From: Marsupella aquatica
Taxonomy: Eukaryota; Plantae; Marchantiophyta
Assembly (NCBI GenBank): GCA_973895155.1
Contig: OZ316894.1
Location: 11,463,892 to 11,527,891 of the forward strand
Direction of reading: 5' to 3'
Length of the DNA: 64,000 nucleotides
The position numbers were made by a program, and so were the translations under genes. Of the stretch, positions 51,701-61,511 are shown one piece after another. The notes beneath the pieces are model-generated. The model ran no database searches, was not told where the DNA came from, and saw only the letters and a list, made by a program, of their open reading frames with translations. The stretch's first letter is position 1, and every line of letters starts with the position of its first letter.

Positions 51701-52477
51701 GTTTGGACCTGCTCTGCCTCTACCACGGGCATAACCTAGAGCTTGCCCCCTGCCATAGTATTGGGCACCAGCCTGGGATCTACCACTACTACCACCTTGC
51801 CAACCTTGATCAGAGGTCAGCCCCCCTGCTGGTATGGTGCATGCACAGGCTTCGAAGGCAAAACAGAACTGGCAGGACGCTGCATCACATCACCAACTAC
51901 AATGTCAGGAACTAAGCAAGGTACATATGTGTAGTACTGAACATATGAAACCTCTAAACAAGAGTTTTTAACTCAAAACCTTGTTGGGAAAACTACTTAC
52001 ATGTTTCTTTTGGGGCTGCTCTGCAATGTATTCATCTTCATAACCCCCATCCTCATCCATTTCCTCTGGAAAATACTCATCATCTGCACGTCTTGTCTAG
52101 TGTTTGCACCCACCTGTGCAGCATCAATGTCATCTCCACATTCTGCCATTGTAGGTACGACCTTCTTGCTCAACCTATCACTCCGACGCACAGGCCCAGA
52201 GATAGTGTTGGTCACCCTTCTTGCGTACTCCTTTTGTTTCTTTGAAAATGCTGTGGCTCTGCGACATTCCAATATGAGAATACAATCACAATTTCAGTGC
52301 CACATTGAACTATTCATGTCACACAAACTCAGCGGAGGGGTGTAGTTGAGAATCGTTCCCTTACAATTCAGCCACATCCTTTTCCAGATCCAGTTCTGCG
52401 ATTTTGGCTTTCACGTATGCTCGTTGTTCCATAGCTTTCCTTTCATACTCACACATCTCTGTGTCACTCTGTTCCAT
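48773..52477 (-). pseudogene. CACTA TnpA/Tnp1-like multi-exon accessory gene (probably frameshifted)
   Basis: About 10 GT-AG-bounded exons from ATG 52477 (MEQSDTEMCEYERK..; RRSDRL). Includes Gly/Gln-rich exons, a Ptta/Transposase_24-like exon (PPPASCDDKVWARLVAYF..KKSSQMTEAR, 50867-50304) and a Tnp1-like C-terminus (TFHGKRIPPGYSVVLV..LPIPN..TLGDAAGSLVLWP). Apparent frameshift near 52090. Exon model approximate. Confidence 0.65.
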
Positions 52478-52633
52478 CCTACTGGACCACAAAAACATGT
52501 CATCTATGGTCACCCCATATAACACAATGCAACCACAATCACCAGGCATCCATCCATACATCTGTGTTGCTTCAGAATTACTTTATTACACATCCTTCCC
52601 CTCACTAATGTCCATGCAAACAATTCACATTAC

Positions 52634-55600
52634 TCATGGCACAGGCACACTGTTGGCATCTGCATCTCTGAATTCGCCTCCTTCAGCAAATGCATCTACC
52701 CTTGTCACAGGAATGAAGTCCCCGCTATCATGAACTACAGGCACTTGGTCTGAACGCCGACGATCAAAGGCACTATGAGAGTGTAAATGAAACTCAAGGT
52801 TTGATCCTTCCATCCGACGTTGCCTGGCCTGTTTATGACACACTACACGCCAACCTGGGGAGTCTTCCACATCCAGGAAGAAAGCTTGCTCCACCTGACT
52901 AGGAAACACAAATGGCTCAGACCATTCGGGCAATTTCCCTCTGAAATTGGCCAGCAAGAAACCGTCGTTGTCTCTCTTCATGGTAGCCCTGTTACCAAGC
53001 CAATCCTGCCGCACCCATGAACCTTTCATAAGAATCACAGGACTGGACACCGCCCCATAGTCCAGAGCCCATATGTCAACTAATTCTCCCACATATCCCA
53101 TCTCCATCCAGGCCCTGTCGTGATTGTGGCTCTGTTGCTCAAATACAGTGATGAGCCCGCAGTCATTCGTCACCCTGTAGGCACTGTCACCATCCTTCAC
53201 TCGGAAGTGATTCCCATATGCTCTCATCCGTTTGTAAGTCTTCACTTTCAGGCTAGGTGCATTAGACAGTAGGTAAACATCTGCATCCATGTCTGGGTGG
53301 GTCTCGTGATGCTCTCTAATTGCCACTCTGATCCACTCCATGAAACCTGGAAACGTTGTTCCTGCAGTGGGATGGGCCGCCTTCAATGACTCATACTCCC
53401 TGAACGAACAACCACACAGCATTAGCTTGGGTAAACATGAACAGGCTGAAGGAGAAAACCACACAAACACAACATTTAAGCTCATGAACTGGATTATAGC
53501 ACATGTATGCACTCACTGTATCCAGGGTTCCATCACCACAGTGTTGTGCAATACAAAGTCATGTGCCAAGTCTCTCATAGATATGGTCAGGTTCTTTGTG
53601 GTTGCAGCCCCTTCCAGTACTTCACCTATCACCCCTTCCTCCTCATCAGAATTCCACACCCTGGTCTTCACATGCTCATATTGTGCTATGTATTCGGTCA
53701 GAAATCCCAGAGTCTCATCCTTGATGTAACCTTTAGCCATGCTTGCTTCAGGTTTGTAATATGTTCTCACGTGACCTTTGAGTAGCTTCATGTACCGTTC
53801 CAAAGGGTACAACCAACGAGCACTCACAGGCCCAAATTGGTGTAGCTCTTCCACAACATGGACAAGTAGGTGGGTCATGACATCAAAAAATGCGGGAGGA
53901 AAATAAATCTCCAGGTCACACAGCACCTGAGCGACATCTTCTGTCAGTTGCGGGAAGTGTGTTTCATCCCAAACCTTCACACAAATACGACGAAACACAT
54001 CACTGAGTCGCATGATCACAGTACGAACAGGCTTCTGCAACAGGCCCCTCAGGCATAAAGGCAACACCTGTTGCATCAACATATGGTAGTCATGGCTTTT
54101 CATACTACCAAGCTTTCTAGTCATGATATGCTTCTTGAAAGCACTGCCATAGTTTGAAGGAACCTTCAAAGAACTCAACCTCTGCACAAATAGTTCCCAC
54201 TCTATGTCTGTCAGAACATAGGGCGCTTGGTACTTCAAGAGCACATCAGCTCTGTGGGCATGTGGCCTCAACCAAAGATGGGGTTTCATTCCCCTCTGTT
54301 CAAGATCCAATCTCACTGAACCAGTGTCTTTCTCTCCACACAAGAATCTGAGTAGACTCTCACAAATATTCTTTTCAATGTGCATAACATCAATGTTATG
54401 TTTGCTTGGCTCAAACTCCTGCATCGTTGCAATGCAAAAGCGTCAGGAAATGCCTCAAGTTTAGTCTCTCTCTTCGAAATGAATGCACATGCTCTGAACC
54501 AAAACATGTATCCCAATTAGCATCAACTCCAAGAGGCTTACCCTCCAGTACTTGAGCTCCAAGTACAATATGCTCAGTCTTTTTACACCATATCGCTTTA
54601 TTGGATCACTCACTCCATCTTCCCTGCCCCCTCGTTTGATATAGTCATCCCTCAATGCTCCCCACTGCCTGATCTCCTCTTTGGTCACTCGTGCCGGGGG
54701 TCCACGTTGCTCAATCTCATTGCCAAAGTGTGCAATCAGTGCCTGTCTTTCTCTGTAAGGGTGATCTGCCTTCAGAAAACGACGATGGCCCATGTATATC
54801 ACTTTCTGCAGGGCTCTGGAGTACTCACTGGTGACATTGCGCCCACAGATAGTACAAGCACAATATCCTTTTGTTGTTTGGCCTGATATCATCCCATGGG
54901 CTGGGTAGTCAGCTATAGTCAGAATGACAATGGCTCTAAGGATGAATGGGTTTAACCTCCCAAGCCTCTATAGGACATCATATGTGAGAACTCCTTCCTC
55001 CCAAAGCTTTCTCAATTCCTCCACTAGGGGAGCCAGAAACACATCTATGTTGGCAGATACAGCACTGTCTGGCCCTGGTATCAGTAGGACCATCAGAACA
55101 AAAAATCGCTTTGTAGTCATCCAAGGAGGAAGGTTATAATTCAAAATAGTTACAGGCCAGCACAAAAATTTGTTGTTCTTGTCTCCAAATGGGTTTACCC
55201 CATCCAATGACAGCCCAAGTCTGACATTCCTCGGCTCAACAGCAAATTCGGGATACATCTCATCTATGAGTTTCCATTGCCTTGAATCTGCAGCATGTCG
55301 TTGTAGCCCATCATCACTTTTCTTGTCAGTTGCCCAAGTCATCATCTCCGAGATGGCATGGCTTCTGAACATCCGCTGAAGTCTGGGAATGAGTGGAAAA
55401 TGACGAAGTACCTTGGCAGGAACCATAGACTTTCCTGAGTTCCGATACCTGTGCTTCCCACACTTAGGGCATGTCAACGATTCTTTATACTCCTTTCTGA
55501 AAAGAACATGCCCATCAGGACAGGCATGGATCGAATCATAGTTCAATCCAAGATTAGATATGCATCTTTTTGCCTTGTACATGTTCTTGGGCAAAATATT

Positions 55601-56365
55601 ACCATCTGGTAGCACAGTTGTTCGCAAGAATGCCAACAACTCAGAAACCAAAACGTTGGGGACATTGTGGTTGTCGCAAATGTTCAGGAACATGATGACA
55701 AATCCCAGTTTAGAACATTTGCTACCGGGGTACAAAGACTTCCTGCCTTCCTGTATTTGCAGGGGAGAGCCAAACATCCCATCATGCCCAGGGGTTTCCT
55801 GCCCTATCTCAAACTCATCAAGAGGCTCTTCGACAGGGGGCACACTTGCATCTGCAGCCGTATCCTCTTCGTTGTCCAGCCCATCATGAAATGCATCAAA
55901 GTCTTGGAAGATGTCTCTCACCATCTCGTCCACATGAATTCCTTCGTCACGTGGTGCTGCCTGAGCACCATCCCATTGGAGAGCTGACAACCCATAGAGA
56001 CCAGCTACAACATTTTCAAATGCACCAGGCAGAACCTCACTTGCCCGTCTTGCAGCATTGGCAGCATCAAATTCTAACCTCCACTCCTCGTCGGAAGAAT
56101 CTTCCTCTGCAGGATCATTCCAAACTCGATGTCGTGGATCTCTTCCATGAACCGCGATATGCCGCCAAACCTCATTCAGACCCCTGGTACGGGATCCTTG
56201 GTAGATTGCACAAGGACATCTCATCCTACTGGCTCCTGAAAGTCTGGTTCGTAACCTTTCACGCTGCCAAAGCTTATTATCATGGCGTGATATCCTTGTG
56301 GGATGATGCAAAGGCAGTGCCTGTGCCCTGGGCTGGGTCTGGGGAGGGTGGTGACCAGGGTGCAT
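52634..56365 (-). pseudogene. CACTA Tnp2/TnpD transposase; exons 56365-54542, 54418-53517, 53399-52634; one in-frame TAG at 54970-54968
   Basis: Transposase-associated CPC..V.RH motif, IHACPDGHVLF, LRHFPLIPRLQRMF, EPRNVRLGLSLDGVNPF, WPVTILNYNLPPW, IDVFLAPLVEEL, DYPAHG..SG, IDVMHIEKN, DUF4218 FPPAFFDVMTHLLVH..WLYPLERYM, DUF4216 EPFVFPSQVEQAFF. The frame continues across the TAG. Confidence 0.92.
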
Positions 56366-56798
56366 TGTAACAGGCTGGGAGCTCTGCAGTCATGGACAGC
56401 AGTGAACAAGGATGCCTAATGGTGGTATTTGTGTTCCATATATCCCTGACTGTATCTGCCAAAAGAGTTAACATAACGTGTACTAAATTCTCACAAACCC
56501 TAAACCACCCCAAAAGAAAAAAACAGGTTCGCAAGTAGTGTACCTATTGTCAAGTGAATGACACAAAATTCCTAAATGTTGGAGGGTGTCACCACCTCCT
56601 CCGCTGTCCTCAAATGTACCGCCTCTACATGTACGTTTACAGTGACACCCCCAGGCAGCAGGAAACAACAATCTGCCAACAGTAAAATAAGCCCAATTGC
56701 CACCAACCATAACAAGGTACATTAGTTCAAAGATCACATTTATTTCAATGATCTGATTTATACAAAAAAACTTGTGTCCAAACTGATGCTACTACTCC

Positions 56799-57678
56799 TC
56801 ACTCTGATTCAGAATCGCTAATGACCCATTCCTCACTTGTTGTCTCATAGTCCTCTCTGTAAGGATCCTGACCCTTCCGTGGCCAGGCCTCAAAAAGATC
56901 ATAGTCCATTGGGTTTTGACGCTTCCCAGCTACTACTGATTCCACAAGCCAAGCATATGAAACCACAAACACATTATGGGACATGACATAAAAGCGAATG
57001 TCTCCCTTCCCAAACTTGCGGCAGGCTTTGGGATATGACTTAGTAATGACATGAGTGGTGTCCTCTGTTATATTCTCCTCCACTGTCCACCTAGGTCAAG
57101 CACTGTGGACTTGTACACTTTGCACTTAACCTCTCCAATTCCCGCCTCCACAAATACCATGCTCAGCCCTTTCAGAATGGGGGTTGGTTGCTTCGTCTCC
57201 TCAGCCAACATACTCTTCAGCCTTGTAGAGCTCTGTCCTTTGTTGAGTACAGGTCCATATTGGAGATCAGCAAGCCGTGCCTTTGTGCTTCCCAGACTTC
57301 TTGTTCAGCCCAAGCTGATGCAGTAGCTTCTTCATCCTCCCACAACTCATATTGCTCAGTATCCTGTACAATCTTATGTGCTATGGAATCTGTGATCCAA
57401 AAGGCCTCAACTACTTTTAGGCCTTGCTTAGTAATTGTAGAATTCATGTAGGACCATGACCACTTCTTTATCACTGATAGCCATGTCCCTGTAACAACAT
57501 GTGTAGTCTCTGGAGTGATGTCCTGAACTACAGTGCCATGGAGCTCAGAGAATCGTTTCTGTACAATTGGCCAATGCACTTTGGTCAACCCATGCTGGCC
57601 ATGGACCAAAATCGCTCTGACCCCTGTAAACACTGCTGGGTGGTCACACTTTCTACGTTTACCAGGCTCCATGTACAC
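56799..57678 (-). pseudogene. Tandem BRCT-domain gene (two repeats), frameshifted, carried next to Tnp2
   Basis: Repeat 1: VFTGVRAILV..FSELHGTVVQDITPETTHVVT..VVEAFWITDSI..EQYEL. Repeat 2: ILKGLSMVFVEAGIG..VLDLGG/TVEENITEDTTHVIT..VVSYAWLVESV..MDYDL, with a 1-nt shift near 57087. G(G), THV and WxxxS hallmarks of BRCT. Confidence 0.8.
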
Positions 57679-58264
57679 ACACCCTACGTGATGACAGTGA
57701 ATTTTGGAAGAATGGGTTCACCTGACAATACAAGGACAACAAAATTCCTGCTTTTTGAGTTGATCTGGCCCACTGGTGCTCAGGTCCGATTTTGATAGGT
57801 ACAAGGGATATGTGAACAATACGTACTAGGCACCTACACGGATGCAGGACATTGTTTGAATATATACTACAAAATCCATATCCGTGGTGAAATGAAGTGC
57901 AACCAACTTGTCATGGCACATACATATTTTGTTGTAAAGGAGGATACATTCAATGACAAACTTATAGGGCAATTTGATTAATTGCATGCCTGATAATTTA
58001 TACGCTTACAACTTAGAAGTCCTGTTTTAATTTAGCAGTCTGATGAAAGTGTTTATGAAAATGACCACTCAGCCTAAATACTTCCAAGAAGGCTTGTAAG
58101 GATAAGTTTGTATAGGCATGTACCCAGCCACTGACGCCAGAGCACAAGATAAGTGCTGCCTATATAAACTCGCCTACCCAACTCCTTTTCAAAATTGGAA
58201 TCTCTGCAATCTCAAAAAATAGTACATCCACATCAGGTGCACTGTGCATGTACAATGTTCAGCT

Positions 58265-58945
58265 TCACAGCCAAGATATGTGATCTCTCACAGGAGTGCG
58301 CGAGGTAGGATCAATGGCATGGCGATGACAATAAAATATCCATCGATCAACACCATGTGCAGAGTGATCATAGATTTCTCTGTCACAAGCATAACCCTCT
58401 GCTTGATGATCTTTCAGGCAATGATAGTGCCACATAGTGGGACACCTAGCACAGTGGACTATGTCAGTCCAGTAGTCATCATCATGCTCACCACATGCCT
58501 TGCACCTATGAAGTGGGCAAGCTGTGGCATGAGTAGGCAAACACTCAAAACAGAAAAATCTCACACAAAAACGGTCTGGACATTTCCTAACATTTGCTGT
58601 AGCATCAACAGAGCCCTTATAGGACCCCAACTTCCCACACTGTGCACACTTAGCCTGCTTCTCCAAACAATCAGTGCACATCCAGTCTCCCTGGTGTGTT
58701 GACGGGAGGCCCACCCCTGGACAGTTGTTTTCTACAGCAAGGTCAGACTCCGGGTTGAGGTGGAAATGCCTCATGCAAGGGCCCTCACAAATGACCAGGC
58801 CCCCACCATCGTCACAAATGGCACAACAATGAGCTGCCTTCTGGAAAATCTGACTTGCAGAGAAGTTAGTAGCATCTGCCCCAAGTACACCTGTGTTTCT
58901 CACCTCAGTCACACGCTTTTTGGCTTGAATTTTAGGCCGTGCCAT
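58265..58945 (-). CDS. Stand-alone EDM2/NSD-type PHD-finger cluster protein, 226 aa, intronless
   Basis: CAICDDGGGLVICEGPCMRHFH...W.CTDC....AKCAQCGKLGS...C....C..FF...C...CPLHRCKAC...CARCPTMWHYHCL...IFYCHRHAID....TPVRDHI follows the recalled EDM2 PHD module in order. Splice acceptor gcgcag 2 nt before the ATG. Confidence 0.82.
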   Translation of the reverse strand: MARPKIQAKKRVTEVRNTGVLGADATNFSASQIFQKAAHCCAICDDGGGLVICEGPCMRHFHLNPESDLAVENNCPGVGLPSTHQGDWMCTDCLEKQAKCAQCGKLGSYKGSVDATANVRKCPDRFCVRFFCFECLPTHATACPLHRCKACGEHDDDYWTDIVHCARCPTMWHYHCLKDHQAEGYACDREIYDHSAHGVDRWIFYCHRHAIDPTSRTPVRDHISWL

Positions 58946-58956
58946 GCCTGCGCATG

Positions 58957-59100
58957 AGATAGACTCTACAATTTAGCAGACTGCACAGAAAGTAAAATAT
59001 ATTTAGCATTTAAGTTACAAAGGCATTTAGATAGACTCTACAATTTAGCAGACTGCACAGAAAGTAAAATATATTTAGCATTTAAGGTACAAAGGCATTT
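58957..59100. repeat. 72-bp tandem duplication, 1 mismatch
   Basis: agatagactctacaatttagcagactgcacagaaagtaaaatatatttagcatttaag[t/g]tacaaaggcattt x2. Confidence 0.92.
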
Positions 59101-59715
59101 GCTACTGCAATGAATTGGAATGGCCACACAAGGATGCAGAGCACACATACTTTTGGTATGTTGAGCCCACACACAAAACTGATCCCCTAATACAATTTCT
59201 CCACCAACACCTCAATTTTAATTGTGGCTATGATTCACCAAAGGAGATCTGCAACAACATTTCATGCATTTGAATCACATACAATAGTCGTGACATGTAA
59301 AACAGGCATTCTTTGAAGAGGATTGGTATGAAGCAGTGTCATAAGGGTTGAAATTTATACATCCTAAATAGGTTATGATAGTGGCTGAGACAAATAAGTG
59401 AGGCATAAATCATTTTGCATATTATCACATGGCCCATTAATTCATTCAACGTTGCAATGTTCACCAGGTTAAAGCAGTCATGAAAGCAGTCTTTCAATAG
59501 AGACTTTTATGCGAGTTTGCTAGCCTCTTAAATTAGGATATTTTGCTTAGTGCAGGCATAATAGGATATAAGTTATGTACTGTTGACCCTAAACCCTGGA
59601 CCCAAAATTGCTCATACATCAAAATTTTAAGTAAATATCCTCTGTGTTGAAGTCAGAGTGTTAAGCTATAGGTCAATGGTATCTGGTCTGTGCATGCGGT
59701 GTGACAAGTGGTCCT

Positions 59716-60165
59716 CTAGAGCATGTGATCCAAACATGTGTAGACACCAAAGTCACCGGTGGTGGGGTCTAGGAGGGCAGGACAAGTGACATCACCAGGC
59801 ACACTGCAGGATGGCGAGTGGTTCCAGATGATACATTGTGCTCTATGCAAAAATCGGCATCCAAGAGAACGGTCATCCAATTCTGGGCCAGAAGCCCTAC
59901 AGGCAGGACAGTCATATTGGCAACTGTGTACACACCCTTGGCACCTAATTTGTGGCGGGTCATGTACAAGAGACACAAATACCAAGGATGTCGGGAAGGG
60001 TACTGAAGCAGGTAGAGGCCGGCTGTAGTTATTCCTGGAAACAATAGGGTACTCAAAGTACCATGCAGACTGGGCTGGAAGGATCCCAAGTCTGACATAC
60101 TCAAGGCGCAACATCTCTGCCTTGCGTGCAAGTCGCACATGTTCAGCGTTGCGGGTCCTCACCAT
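59716..60165 (-). CDS. Orphan Cys/His-rich protein, 149 aa (putative Zn-binding)
   Basis: ATG-initiated ORF co-oriented with the other element genes; basic N-terminus MVRTR; CxxC-x3-C-x3-CxxC...GC-x3-H-x3-C...TCxxH. No family recognised. Confidence 0.45.
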   Translation of the reverse strand: MVRTRNAEHVRLARKAEMLRLEYVRLGILPAQSAWYFEYPIVSRNNYSRPLPASVPFPTSLVFVSLVHDPPQIRCQGCVHSCQYDCPACRASGPELDDRSLGCRFLHRAQCIIWNHSPSCSVPGDVTCPALLDPTTGDFGVYTCLDHML

Positions 60166-61173
60166 AAGTGTTGCTTTCGTTGTGATGTCCTCTGTTCACG
60201 TCCTTTGATGAGCAAGGTGAGCAGGAGGTCGACTTGCCTCGCCAACAGCAACCACCTAAACTAATTAGTTCCCACTCATTGTCTTGGTTCCAACTACAGG
60301 TCATAGTATACACATAGCATGAAACGTGCATAGTACATATTTGATTCTGAGTTTATGAGTTTCCTAAGACAAAGAGCTTGGTGATAAACCCATATTCTCG
60401 ACGGACATGTATATCAATCATATTAAACTCCTGTTTTTTCATCCAGAAAGACCGAAAGTCTCACCTTGCAGGTTGCAGCAAAGAGAAAATTCACTGGTTG
60501 TCGTGTTGTGCAAGTGAACCTCCACTGATGCCCCGGTGTAGCCCCTCAGATGCAGGTGACACTTACCAACTCCCAAGTTGCCTGGTCTAACAGAAAATGC
60601 TTATATCTTCAAAACTTTATAGAGCAAGTACATGATCACATACTTCTGGATCTATTCATATTTGGAACTCTTGCCAACTACAACTCCCATTATGCACAAG
60701 CTCACATCAACAGAGAAAGATACAGAATGCATACTTACTATGGCTCTAAGCACCTTCACTACCTTGTTGAACCCAGTCCTGAAGTCTTTTCAGCGTGTTT
60801 GTTGTGCTGTCTCCTTTGGCACCCGACACCTTAGTCCTTGATGTAACAGAATGCGATTTTACAAGTTAGATGCTTTGGAACCTTCTATGGTCTTAGCTGA
60901 ATTGATGTCATCGTAAGTGGTGAAAGACAAGGAAGACGAAAGCTGGTTGAAGAGCTGTGGACAACACACTAGCATGAAGTGCTTCAACCAATCCACTGCC
61001 AAACGGAACTCTTACACAGTCACATTCTTTCAGTAAACAGAAACTCAGTCAAACTTCATAATCAAAGTACAGACTCTGAAGGACCAAAGGAGGATGTTGT
61101 GAGTTTCTCTGTTGTTTAATGTGTTACCCTTCTAGTTTCGAAGTTAGCAAATGCTGAATAATGTGTCTACCAG

Positions 61174-61511
61174 ATCTTCGAAAAGAAGCCCACCACAATT
61201 AAGAACTTCGGTATCTGGGTGAGGTATCAGAGTTGTACAGGTTATCCCAACATGTACAAGAAATATCGTGATACCACATTAAACAACCACACAGTAGATG
61301 TATGATGAGATGGCTTCTTGTCATAGAGTTCGGTTCCCTTGCATCCAGATCATCAAGACTACGACAGTCCCTGTCTCTCTGTGCAAGCGAGAAAGTACCA
61401 AGCAGTTCCATGATTCAAAGATCAAGTTCCTTGACGTACCGCAAGATTCAACCTCCATCGCGAAAGCTAAAGACGACTTACAAGGCCACCAAGCCCAACA
61501 CATTTGTTTGA
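61174..61511 (+). pseudogene. RPL18a: 60S ribosomal protein L18a (eL20) C-terminal exon fragment, two frameshifts
   Basis: cag|[37 protein letters not shown] / [44 protein letters not shown] / [25 protein letters not shown]. The N-terminal half is absent. Confidence 0.9.

Noticed and set aside
61174-61511. Functional RPL18a gene or processed retrocopy
   Set aside because: Two frameshifts and no N-terminal half; begins at an intron acceptor and shows no poly-A tail.
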